From the NCBI GenBank assembly GCA_002269645.1, contig NIVC01000720.1:1-64000 (forward strand): a stretch of 64,000 nucleotides of DNA, in the 5' to 3' direction. A program made the position numbers and the translations under genes. Below are positions 12,645 to 24,167 of this stretch, in pieces. Under the pieces are notes generated by a model. That model saw only the letters and a program-made list of their open reading frames with translations. It searched no databases and had not been told where the DNA came from. The DNA is from Macrostomum lignano (taxonomy: Eukaryota). How positions within the stretch are numbered: the first letter of the stretch is position 1; each line of letters begins with the position of its first letter.

Positions 12645-13055
12645 CCTGACCCTGCACTAGAAGCTTAGTAGCCTGACCCACTAGCTAGATAGCTAGAAGC
12701 ATAGCCTGACCCACTAGGAGCATAGCCTGACCCACTAGGAGCATGGCCTTACCCACTAGGAGCATAGCCTGACCCACTAGGAGCATAGCCTGACTCACTA
12801 GGAGCATAGCCTGACCCACTAGGAGCATAGCCTGACCCACTAGGAGCATAGCCTGACCCACTAGGAGCATAGCCTGACCCACTAGGAGCATAGCCTGACC
12901 CACTAGGAGCATAGCCTGACCCACTAGGAGCATAGCCTGACCCACTAGGAGCATAGCCTGACCCACTAGGAGCATGGCCTGACCCACTAGGAGCATGGCC
13001 TGACCCACTAGGAGCATAGCCTGACCCACTAGGAGCATAGCCTGACCCACTAGCT
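12645..13055. repeat. 21-bp minisatellite in a CAP2 intron
   Basis: Unit ccactaggagcatagcctgac, about 19 copies; it produces the spurious VGQAMLL ORF. Confidence 0.95.
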
Positions 13056-13529
13056 CACCTGGTGAAGTCGCGGCTGTGCCCGCCAGCCCAGTTCTGCCCG
13101 ACCCAGCTGAAGCCCGGCAGTCGTCGGTCGCGGGCCCGGTCGTGGCCGACCCGGCACTTTCGAACCCACCGGTTGGCACTGCGCATCAGCCGGTCGTCCC
13201 ACACCTGCGCGATGGGAGAGGTACAGGAGGATTTCTATGAGCTGCTTGAGCACAATTTCGACTGCAGAATCGGGCGCTAGTAAGGATTTTCCGGAAGCCG
13301 GCTTACCAGTTCAGCCATGTTTGAAGCAGACGGTTGGCCCCTTGTGTGCCCCTTGGCGGTCTGCGCTCTCAGCCGGTTGTGCTCCTTGAGGAAGGCCATC
13401 TTCTGTGACTGCGATAGCCGCAAAAGTCTAGCCTCGCAGCAAGCAGTTGCCATGGCGACAAGTAGAACCAAGGCGAAAGCTGCGTGTGCATTAGAGATCT
13501 TGGAGCTTTAAAAGACTAGAATTCCATTG

Positions 13530-13800
13530 GGAAGCATAGAGAAACCACTTGGAGAATTAGGAAGGGAAGGAGGGGGGTTGGGAAGAGAGGAAGAGGATTG
13601 GGAAGGGCGGAAGAGGATTGTGAAGGGAGGAAGAGGATTGGGAAGGGCTGAAGAGGATTGGGAAGGGCTGCCGAGGAGGATTGGGAAGGGCGGAAGAGGA
13701 TTGGGAAGAGAGGAAGAGGATTGGGAAGGGCTGAAGAAGATTGGGAAGGACGGAAGAGGATTGGGAAGGGCTGCCGAGGAGGATTGGGAAGGGCGGAAGA
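13530..13800. repeat. Purine-rich degenerate repeat (gaggattgggaagggc) in CAP2 intron 1
   Basis: About 10 degenerate copies visible. Confidence 0.85.
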
Positions 13801-14554
13801 ACAACTCGTTTCAGATTAGGAGAGACTCAGAAATGTTAATCCCAGCAGGAATCTAAGATCAGGTCAGGATATCCTGCAGAAGAATGCATGCAGACAAGAG
13901 ACACTTACCGTTCATGGTGGCTACAAAAAGCGGTCTTCTAGTCTTGATTCTTGCCTTCAGTCAAAGTCTTCTCAATCTGCTCAACCGGCTTGGGACGAAC
14001 TGGTGCTCACTGGCGATGGGCGGAATTCCATCTCATATTTATAGTGGCTTGAAACGCCTTAAAATTCCATGTATGGACGAGTACATAAATTAGGCGACGA
14101 CTGCGTAATTTTAACAAGATGAATTCATCTCAGCCAAAGCTTTGATTTGCAGTGGCGTGATTAGAGAGGGGTCGGGGTGAGCCGTATTAGCACCAGCTGA
14201 GAAATTGGATTCAACAGCGTTGATGACTAATTGCTGTGAAAATGAAACACAAACTGATGACTCACGCGTTTTGCACTTAATCGAACTAAAAATAATTCTC
14301 AACCTGCCAGACGTGAATGACGTCAAGCGCTGGGGCGGCACGATCGCAAATTTTGTTGTGTTGACTGAGTGCAAAACGCGTGAGTCATTAGTTTGGGTTT
14401 CATTTTTACAGCAATATCACAGCATATACAAATTTTTAAAGTGCAGCAAAACAAGACTAGGAAAAGAAAGTTCAGTATAGGGTACGACGGTATTTTAAAA
14501 TTATAGTGATTAATAAATAATTTGTGTTGGAAGTTGTTCACAAGAATAGCAATG

Positions 14555-15285
14555 TTTTGTATTGCGCCAAAGCTGTACTATAAGGGGCGCCAAAGCTGTT
14601 CTCTAAGGGGCTCCAAAGCTGTAGCTGTAAGGGGCGCCAAAGCTGTAGCTGTAAGGGGCGCCAAAGCTGTGCTGTAAGGAGCGCCAAAGCTGTAGCTGTA
14701 AGGGGCGCCAAAGCTGTAGCTGTAAGGGGCGCCAAAGCTGTGCTGTAAGGAGCGACAAAGCTGTAGCTGTAAGGGGCGCCAAAGCTGTAGCTGTAAGGGG
14801 CGCCAAAGCTGTGCTGTGGCTCTGAGGGGCGCCAAAGCTGTGCTGTGGCTCTGAGGGGCGCCAAAGGTGTGCTATGAGGGGCGCCAAAGGTGTGCTATGA
14901 GGGGCGCCAAAGCTGTACTATAAGGGGCGCCAAAGCTGTGCTATAAGGGGCGCCAAAGTTGTGCTATAAGGGGCGCCAAAGTTGTACTATAAGGGGCGCC
15001 AAAGCTGTGCTGTAAGGGGCGCCAAAGCTGTGCTGTAAGGGGCGCCAAAGCTGTGCTGTTAGAGGCGCCAAAGCTGTGCTGTAAGGGGCGCCAAAACTGT
15101 GCTGTGAGGGGCACCAAAGCTGTGCTGTGAGGGGCGCCAAAGCTGTGCTGTAAGGGGCGCCAGAGCTGTACTATAAGGGGCGCCAAAGCTGTGCTGTAAG
15201 GGGCGCCAAAACTGTGCTGTAAAGGGCGCCAAAGCTGTGCTGTTAGGGGCGCCAAAGCTGTGCTGTTAGGGGCGCCAAAGCTGTG
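14555..15285. repeat. 22-bp minisatellite (gggcgccaaagctgtgctgtaa) with 28-bp variants
   Basis: Directly visible; it explains several overlapping low-complexity ORFs. Confidence 0.95.
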
Positions 15286-15764
15286 CTGTAAGGAGAGCAA
15301 AAAGCCACAATGCTTTTTGCAGGTCAGACACTTTAGACAATTGTTCAACAATTGAACTGCTTAAGTGACGTCACCCCCCTAGTCGACCTCACTTCAAAGT
15401 GGGCATGCTGTGTGGGTGGTTCAAACTGTTTTTTTTCAAGACAGACAGACCAGACTCCAGTCACACCTTCATCGCTCATTAGCTATGCAAAACTAGGGGT
15501 TGAGACGGCTCACGCTCTGTCACCGCTGTCTCTCCGCTCCTCCTCTGTTGCAACCTTAATTGCACAGTGGGGGGGTTCCTAAACAAAATACAAATGTCTT
15601 TTAAGTAGTGAAAGTAGCTGGATTATAAAAAATGCAGATTAAGAAAGACAGACAGACAGCGAGTAAGAAAAAACGGAAAAGACGGAAGCTCCTGATTGTG
15701 TATGGAGCTGGCCTCTTCATCTCGACCTCTCTTGGTCTGGCGTATAGTTTTAGCACGAGAGCCA

Positions 15765-16860
15765 TGATTTTCTATTTCGGTTGAGATTCTCATAGGGTGA
15801 GATTTTCTATTTCGGTTGAGATTCTCATAGGGTGAGATTCTCTATTTGGTTTGAGATTCTCATAGGGTGAGATTTTCTATTTGGTTTGAGATTCTCAAAG
15901 GGTGAGCTTCTCTATTTGGTTTGACATTCTCACAGTGAAGATTTACTTTTTTGTTTGAGAGTCTCATAGGGTGAGATTTTCTTTTTGGGTTGAGATTCTA
16001 ATAGGGTGGAATTCTCTATTTCGTTTGAGATTCTCATAGGGCGAGATTTTCTATTTGGCTTGATATTCTCTTAGGGTGAGATTTTCTATTTGGTTTGAGA
16101 TTCTCTTAGGGTGAGATTTTCTATTTGGTTTGAGATTCTCTTAGGGTGAGATTTTCTATTTGGTTTGAGATTCTCAAAGCGTTAGATTTTCTTTTTGAGT
16201 TGAGATTCTCATAGGGTGAGATTTTCTATTTGGTTTGAGGTTCTCAGTGAGTGAGATTTTTTGTTAGGCTTGAGATTCTCATAGGGTAAGATTTTCTATT
16301 TGGTTTGAAAATCTCCTAGGGTCAGATATTTTGTTAGGCTTGAGATTCTCTTAGGGTGAGATTTTCTATTTGGTTTGAGATTCTCATAGAGTGAGATTTT
16401 TTGTTAGGCTTGAGATTCTCATAGGGTAAGATTTTCTATTTGGTTTGAAAATCTCCTAGGGTGAGATTTTTTGTTAGGCGAGATTCTCATAGGGTGAGAT
16501 TTTCTATTTGGTTTGAAACTCTCATAGGGTGAGCTTTTTAGTTTGGTTTGAGATCCTCATAGGGTGAGATTTTCTTTTTTGGGTTGAGATTCTCATAGGG
16601 TGAGATTTTCTATTTGGTTGGACATTCTCATAGGGTGGGATTTTCTTTTTAAGTTGAGATTCTCGTAGGTAAGGATTTTTTTGATTAGAGATTCTCATAG
16701 GGTGAGATTTTAGCTCTATTTGGTTTGAGATTCTCATAGGTTAAGATTTCTAATTTGGGCTGAGATTCTCATAGGGTGAGATTTTATGATTTGGGTTTAG
16801 GTTTTCATACTCATAAGGTAGGATTTAATTATTTGGGTTGAGATTCTCATACTCATAACA
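15765..16860. repeat. ~34-35 bp degenerate satellite (gagattctcatagggtgagattttctatttggttt)
   Basis: About 30 copies; a related array occurs inverted at 32440-32705. Confidence 0.95.
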
Positions 16861-17106
16861 ATAAGTCGAATTGCTTTTTAACTAACAACAACAGGTAAAA
16901 AAGAAAAAGACCCGCATCCTGCATGGTTGCAAAAGCAGAATTTTACAAAAGCAGTTACATGTTTAAACGAACTTTCATGTATTGGTTTGTCATAGCAATA
17001 AAAAACATCAAGTTACATTGCATGCATTATTTACACGGTATATGTGCAGGGTTTCCAGTCCACTCGCTGGCTCGCAATATGATTATAAATGGCAGTCCTT
17101 GGCACG

Positions 17107-17400
17107 TCAGGATGGTCGTCCTTCGCTCAGATCCGCCAGCACCCGCTGGAGCTCCCGGATGTAGGCGATGGCAGCTCGCAGGATTTGCACTTTGCTCAGC
17201 CGGCTACGGCCGCCGCCGCCGCTGCCGCCTGAATTCTCGGGCGATTCCAAGCCGCTCCTGTTGCTAAGCGGAAGTGACTCAAGCAGTTTGGCGTAGCCGG
17301 CGTTAACGCAGCGGACCCGGTCGCGCTCTCGCTGGTTGCGTCTCTGCGTCAGTATGGCGCCGGCGCAACAGGCTGGGAGATGCTGGTGCTCTGAAGTCAT
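17107..17400 (-). CDS. ASCL: Achaete-scute family bHLH transcription factor (97 aa, single exon)
   Basis: Basic/helix 1 RRNQRERDRVRCVNAGYAKL and helix 2 RLSKVQILRAAIAYIRELQ match the achaete-scute signature. Confidence 0.88.
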   Translation of the reverse strand: MTSEHQHLPACCAGAILTQRRNQRERDRVRCVNAGYAKLLESLPLSNRSGLESPENSGGSGGGGRSRLSKVQILRAAIAYIRELQRVLADLSEGRPS

Positions 17401-17604
17401 CTCTGCTTGATTGACAGGTCTGGGAACGCACCATCATCCTTTTTAAATAGCTTGCAACCGCGCAGCAGCTTCTTCATCAAAGCAGCTCGCAGCTGATTGG
17501 CTGAGACCGGCGGCGCCGCCCGCCTCTCCTCATGGACAATTTTAGGCTAATTTGGGACACTATGAAGATGGCAGCTAGGGAATGCCTGCTGAATGAATGC
17601 TAGC

Positions 17605-19672
17605 TTTCCTGACTGAGGATTTCAGAACTGAAGCTGACTATCCTGAAGTATTCCTGACTGAGTATTTCAGAACTGAAGCCTGAATATCCTGAAGTTTTCC
17701 TGACTGAGGATTTCAGAACTGAAGCCTGACTATCCTGAAGTATTCCTGACTGAGAATTTCAGAACTGAAGCTGAATATCCTGAAGTATTCCTGACTGAGG
17801 ATTTCAGAGCTGAAGCTGAATATCCTGAAGTATTCCTGACTGAGGATTTCAGAACTGAAGCTGACTATTCTGAAGTTTTCCTGACTGAGGATTTCAGAAC
17901 TGAAGCTTAACTATCCAGAAGTTTTCCTGACTGAGGATTTCAGAACTGAAGCCTGACTATCCTGAAGTTTTCCTGAGAGGATTTCAAAACTGAAGCTTGA
18001 CTATCCTGAAGTATTCCTGACTGAGGATTTCAGAACTGAAGCTTGACCATCCTGAAGATTTCCTGACTGAGGATTTCAGAACTGAAGCCTGACTATCCAG
18101 AAGTATTCCTGACTGAGGATTTCAGAACTGAAGCTGACTATCCTGAAGTATTCCTGACTGAGGATTTCAGAACTGAAGCCTGACTGTCGTGAAGTTTTCC
18201 TGACTGAGGATTTCAGAACTGAAGCTGAATATCCTGAAGTATTCCTGACTGAGGATTTCAGAACTGAAGCTGACTATCCTGAAGTATTCCTGACTGAGGA
18301 TTTCAGAACTGAAGCTGCCTAGCCTGAAGTATTCCTGACTGAGGATTTCAGAACTGAAGCTTGACTATCCTGAAGTATTCCTGACTGAGGATTTCAGAAC
18401 TGAAGCTTGACTATCCAGAAGTTTTCCTGACTGAGGATTTCAAAACTGAAGCTTGACTATCCTGAAGTATTCCTGACTGAGGATTTCAGAACTGAAGCTT
18501 GACTATCCTGAAGTATTTCTGACTGAGATTTCAGAACTGAAGCTGAATATCCTGAAGTATTCCTGACTGAGGATTTCAGAACTGAAGCTTGACTATCCAG
18601 AAGTTTTTCTGACTGAGTGTTTCAGAACTGAAGCTGACTATCCTGAAGTATTCCTGACTGAGGATTTCAGAACTGAAGCTTGACTATCCAGAAGTTTTCC
18701 TGACTGAGGATTTCAGAACTGAAGCCTGAATATCCAGAAGTATTCCTGACTGAGGATTTCAGAACTGAAGTCTGACTATCCTGAAGTTTTCCTGACTGAG
18801 GATTTCAGAACTGAAGCCTGACTATCCTGAAGTATTCCTGACTGAGGATTTCAGAACTGAAGCTGACTATCCAGAAGTTTTCCTGACTGAGGATTTCAGA
18901 ACTGAAGCTTGACTATCCAGAAGTTTTCCTGACTGAGGATTTCAGAACTGAAGCCTGAATATCCAGAAGTTTTCCTGACTGAGGATTTCAGAACTGAAGC
19001 CTGAATATCCAGAAGTTTTCCTGACTGAGGATTTCAGAACTGAAGCTTGACTATCCAGAAGTTTTCCTGACTGAGGATTTCAGAACTGAAGCCTGACCAT
19101 CCTGAAGTTTTCCTGACTGAGGATTTCAGAACTGAAGCTTGACCATCCTGAAGATTTCCTGACTGAGGATTTCAGAACTGAAGCTTGACTATCCTGAAGT
19201 ATTCCTGACTGAGGATTTCAGAACTGAAGCCTGACTATCCAGAAGTTTTCCTGACTGAGGATTTCAGAACTGAAGCCTGACTATCCAGAAGTTTTCCTGA
19301 CTGAGGATTTCAGAACTGAAGCCTGACTATCCTGAAGTATTCCTGACTGAGGATTTCAAAACTGAAGCTTGACTATCCTGAAGTATTCCTGACTGAGGAT
19401 TTCAGAACTGAAGCTTGACCATCCTGAAGTATTCCTGACTGAGGATTTCAGAACTGAAGCTGACTATCCTGAAGTATTCCTGACTGAGGATTTCAAAACT
19501 GAAGCTTGACTATCCTGAAGTATTCCTGACTGAGGATTTCAGAACTGAAGCTTGACCATCCTGAAGTATTCCTGACTGAGGATTTCAGAACTGAAGCTGA
19601 CTATCCTGAAGTATTCCTGACTGAGGATTTCAGAACTGAAGCTTGACTATCCTGAAGTATTCCTGACTGAGA
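17605..19672. repeat. 45-46 bp satellite, about 2 kb
   Basis: Unit cctgactgaggatttcagaactgaagc(c/t)tgactatcctgaagtatt, about 45 copies. Confidence 0.97.
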
Positions 19673-20364
19673 TCTTCAGTTTTAAGCTCGAAGGAATATG
19701 ATTGAAAAATTCCATAAAGTGGAAAAAGGCAATCCACTGGGGGATTGCTTAAACTAGCCCTCATTCCCAGGCGAAGTCATTAGCTCAGCATACGAGTAGC
19801 CATCGCACCTCAAGCCGCACATAGCATGGGATGGATGAAATCCGATCGTTCAATTCAAATCCCAGCAGCTTATGCAGCCAACTCGCGGATTGCCAAAACG
19901 CTGACAATACAGAACAGCCTCTTCTTCATCAGCCGCCGATTTGTGTTTACCCTAGGCAAATATTGTGGCCAACACACACCAGAGGATCGCTGTCATTTTC
20001 ACTCGCTAAATCCCCATCCCAACATATACTACACACTGCATGGTGTACTCAATGGGTCAGTGTTGAAGTTTTCAATTCCTATTTCATAATTCCAGACAAC
20101 GCAGGCAGGGCAGATCATGGCGCACAAGGGGAGCTGAGTGCTGCTCAAATCAAATATTTGCTTACATAGATGCATGGAATATTGTGCTAACATAGTAATA
20201 GCTTCTATTGAACACCATTTCAACAGGCAGCTTTTTAAAGACTTGTTTGCTCAACGAGTGACATGCGGGGCGATGGGCGATTTCAAGATGGTAAACTCAG
20301 TCCGTGACGAAAGTATGTTGGGAAATTTATGAAAGAATAAATGGGGGAAAGGAGGGCTGGCAGG

Positions 20365-22225
20365 GAAACTAGGGGGGTCAGGGACACTAGGGGTGTCAGG
20401 GACACTAAAGGTGTCAGGGACACTAGGGTTGTCAGGGACACTAGGGGTGTCAGAGACACTAAAGGTGTTAGGGACATTAGGGGTGTCAGGGACACTAGGG
20501 CTGTCAGGGACACTAAAGGTGTTAGGGACATTAGGGCTGTCAGGGACACTAGGGCTGTCAGGGACACTAAAGGTGTCAGGGACACTAGGGTTGTCAGGGA
20601 CACTAGGGGTGTCAGGGACACTAAAGGTGTTAGGGACATTAGGGGTGTCAGGGACACTAAAGGTGTCAGGGACACTAAAGGTGTTAGGGACATTAGGGGT
20701 GTCAGGGACACTAAAGGTGTCAGGGACACTAAAGGTGTCAGGGACACTAGGGCTGTCAGGGACACTAGGGGTGTCAGGGACACTAGGGTTGTCAGGGACA
20801 CTAGGGGTGTCAGGGACACTAGGGTTGTCAGGGACACTAGGGGTGTCAGAGACACTAAAGGTGTTAGGGACATTAGGGGTGTCAGGGACACTAGGGCTGT
20901 CAGAGACACTAAAGGTGTTAGGGACATTAGGGCTGTCAGGGACACTAGGGCTGTCAGGGACACTAAAGGTGTCAGGGACACTAGGGTTGTCAGGGACACT
21001 AGGGGTGTCAGGGACACTAAAGGTGTTAGGGACATTAGGGGTGTCAGGGACACTAAAGGTGTTAGGGACATTAGGGGTGTCAGGGACACTAAAGGTGTCA
21101 GGGACACTAAAGGTGTTAGGGACATTAGGGGTGTCAGGGACACTAAAGGTGTTAGGGACATTAGGGGTGTCAGGGACACTAAAGGTGTCAGGGACACTAA
21201 AGGTGTTAGGGACATTAGGGGTGTCAGGGACACTAAAGGTGTTAGGGACATTAGGGGTGTCAGGGACACTAAAGGTGTTAGGGACATTAGGGGTGTCAGG
21301 GACACTAAAGGTGTCAGGGACACTAAAGGTGTTAGGGACATTAGGGGTGTCAGGGACACTAAAGGTGTCAGGGACACTAAAGGTGTCAGGGACACTAAAG
21401 GTGTCAGGGACACTAAAGGTGTCAGGGACACTAAAGGTGTTAGGGACATTAGGGGTGTCAGGGACACTAAAGGTGTCAGGGACACTAAAGGTGTCAGGGA
21501 CACTAAAGGTGTCAGGGACACTAGGGCTGTCAGGGACACTAGGGGTGTCAGGGACACTAGGGTTGTCAGGGACACTAGGGGTGTCAGGGACACTAGGGTT
21601 GTCAGGGACACTAGGGGTGTCAGGGACACTAAAGGTGTCAGGGACACTAAAGGTGTTAGGGACATTAGGGGTGTCAGGGACACTAAAGGTGTCAGGGACA
21701 CTAAAGGTGTCAGGGACACTAGGGGTGTCAGGGACACTAAAGGTGTCAGGGACACTAAAGGTGTCAGGGACACTAGGGCTGTCAGGGACACTAGGGGTGT
21801 CAGGGACACTAAAGGTGTCAGGGACACTAAAGGTGTCAGGGACACTAGGGGTGTCAGGGACACTAGGGGTGTCAGGGACACTAGGGCTGTCAGGGACACT
21901 AGGGGTGTCAGGGACACTAGGGGTGTCAGGGACACTAAAGGTGTCAGGGACACTAGGGGTGTCAGGGACACTAGGGGTGTCAGGGACACTAGGGCTGTCA
22001 GGGACACTAGGGCTGTCAGGGACACTAAAGGTGTCAGGGACACTAAAGGTGTCAGGGACACTAAAGGTGTCAGGGACACTAAAGGTGTCAGGGACACTAA
22101 AGGTGTCAGGGACACTAGGGCTGTCAGGGACACTAGGGCTGTCAGGGACACTAAAGGTGTCAGGGACACTAAAGGTGTCAGGGACACTAGGGCTGTCAGG
22201 GACACTAGGGCTGTCAGGGACACTA
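20365..22225. repeat. 18-bp G-rich minisatellite (~100 copies)
   Basis: Unit gtcagggacact + aaaggt/aggggt/agggtt/agggct. The unit is a multiple of 3 and stop-free in some frames, which gives 620-650 aa artefactual ORFs. Confidence 0.97.
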
Positions 22226-22626
22226 GTGTTAGTGGCAGCTACGGTGTTAGACTGTTAGTGTTAACTAGGCATTAGAAGACACTGCTTGGACAGTGCTCAC
22301 AATTTACTTTTTTACTCTAATGATTGCTATCGGATCTGCCTTGTAGATCAACTCCCCAGCAATAAAATGACAAAGACAGTGGGAAACAAGACAAGAAAAG
22401 TATTTACTTAGTTTCAAAATAGCTCACAGAACACAGCCGATATATTTAATAGTAGTAACTACAGTAACCAGTAAGTATAATATTACACCCAAGAACTTAG
22501 CCTTCTTATGATTATACAGCTATAACCACTATGAAGAATATGTGTAGCATATACATAAAGAAATTATGGAACAGTTTTTGGTTAACAATTAATCTTACCA
22601 CACAGTTTGTCTAGGCAGGAATAATG

Positions 22627-23130
22627 AAAACATTTCTAATAATAGCCGGCCTATAACATGTTTTTATTCCAAATTTAACCTAAAGACCAGCCACCCCAAT
22701 GTACACTAGCTAGGACACCAGCCACCCCAATGTACACTAGCTAGGACACCAGCCACCCCAATGTACACTAGCTAGGACACCAGCCACCCCAATGTACACT
22801 AGCTAGGACACCAGCCACCCCAATGTACACTAGCTAGGACACCAGCCACCCCAATGTACACTAGCTAGGACACCAGCCACCCCAATGTACACTAGCTAGG
22901 ACACCAGCCACCCCAATGTACACTAGCTAGGACAGCAGCCACCCCAATGTACACTAGCTAGGACACCAGCCACCCCAATGTACACTAGCTAGGACACCAG
23001 CCACCCCAATGTACACTAGCTAGGACACCAGCCACCCCAATGTACACTAGCTAGGACACCAGCCACCCCAATTTACACTAGCTAGGACACCAGCCACCCC
23101 AATGTACACTAGCTAGGACACCAGCCACCC
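22627..23130. repeat. 31-bp minisatellite
   Basis: Unit gacaccagccaccccaatgtacactagctag, about 16 near-identical copies. Confidence 0.97.
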
Positions 23131-23332
23131 TATGCATGCTTGTATAATTGCCTAAAATTGATGATAAATCGATGATAATCAAACTTAAGTAATCTCCACT
23201 TTGTCATACTGTGCAAACGAAAAAGGCAAACAATAAGAGCTGGAATGACGCCAGTAACAGAATGAGGCACAGAGTCTGCATGTTGCTGAGCAGATAAACA
23301 ATTTTTACGACTGTGATGCACTAAATAGATAA

Positions 23333-23771
23333 CTCGTCGAACTTTTCACCCGGAATTTCGCCCGGAATTTTTTCCTATTCCAGTAATGCAATCCGATCCG
23401 GGTGGAAATTCCGGATCTGTAACGAAAGTTTACAGAATCCGGGCGAATTTTCCGGATCATTTGGTCCGGATCACTGGGGAATTCCGACTCAAGTCCCGAA
23501 ATCTCACCCGGAACATTTTCACCCGGAACACTACTGAAATTCGGGTGTACACCCAGAATTCCATAGTGTTTCGGGTGAAAAATTCCGGAAAATCCAACCG
23601 GAACAGCTTTCCTTTTCCCGAAATTTTACCGGATCATATTTCCGGATCTTTTTCCGGAAAAAGGGGCTGTTCCGGGCCAAAAAGCTGATCCGGGCGTTCA
23701 CCCGGAAATAATTAAAAATCGGGCCCGGATCACAAAATTCCGTAAAAAATTCCGGTGAAAAGTTCGACGGG
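23333..23771. mobile_element. ~440-bp MITE with ~17-bp TIRs and dense CCGGA/TCCGG subterminal motifs
   Basis: ctcgtcgaacttttcacc at the left and ggtgaaaagttcgacggg at the right, with AA on both flanks. The interior is packed with ccgga/tccgg (CMC/EnSpm-like architecture; superfamily is inference). Confidence 0.7.
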
Positions 23772-24167
23772 AAACTATGTAACTAGAAAAAACAGGCCAA
23801 AAATGACATAACATCCTCTAACAATAAATATTTATGTTGATAAAATGAAAATATAAATTACTAAATATAAAACAAATTAATATTATTTGTTCGATGCGAG
23901 AAAAACTCAGTTTTAAACAAAAATTAATTAACGCGGCACTATTAAAGCAGCATAATAAGCATATCGTACAACACAGATAATGAATGTAAGCCGAATACGC
24001 AAAGATCAATATTCAGGTATAGATACATTCAGTACAATTGATGTTGAAGAGCTGTGACCCGACAGGCTGTAGAGGGGAAAATAAATGTTACATAGAGTGC
24101 AAGAGTTCATGCAGAACAGCGTTATAAAAAATCGCATTTACCCTGCCAAGACCAGTCCTCAGACTCT

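Larger units (their letters stand above)
12335..13915 (-). pseudogene. Second CAP/SCP gene (very Arg-rich) with a single in-frame TAA
   Basis: Exons 13915-13909, 13479-13307, 13204-13059 and 12608-12335 splice in phase, starting from a ccaccATG. Sequence: MNAFALVLLVAMATACCEA signal, HNRLR, VWDDRL, VGQNW, MWFNE*KYY, CGHYTQVVWAKTTRVGCG, VCNYATGGN. TAA at 12583-12581. Confidence 0.8.

Noticed and set aside
20283-22275. 620-646 aa ORFs on both strands
   Set aside because: They are translations of an 18-bp stop-free minisatellite, with no domain content or splice context.
4790-23130. Tandem arrays of 31-46 bp as possible CRISPR arrays
   Set aside because: Units are head-to-tail with no unique spacers, there are no cas genes, and the context is eukaryotic.
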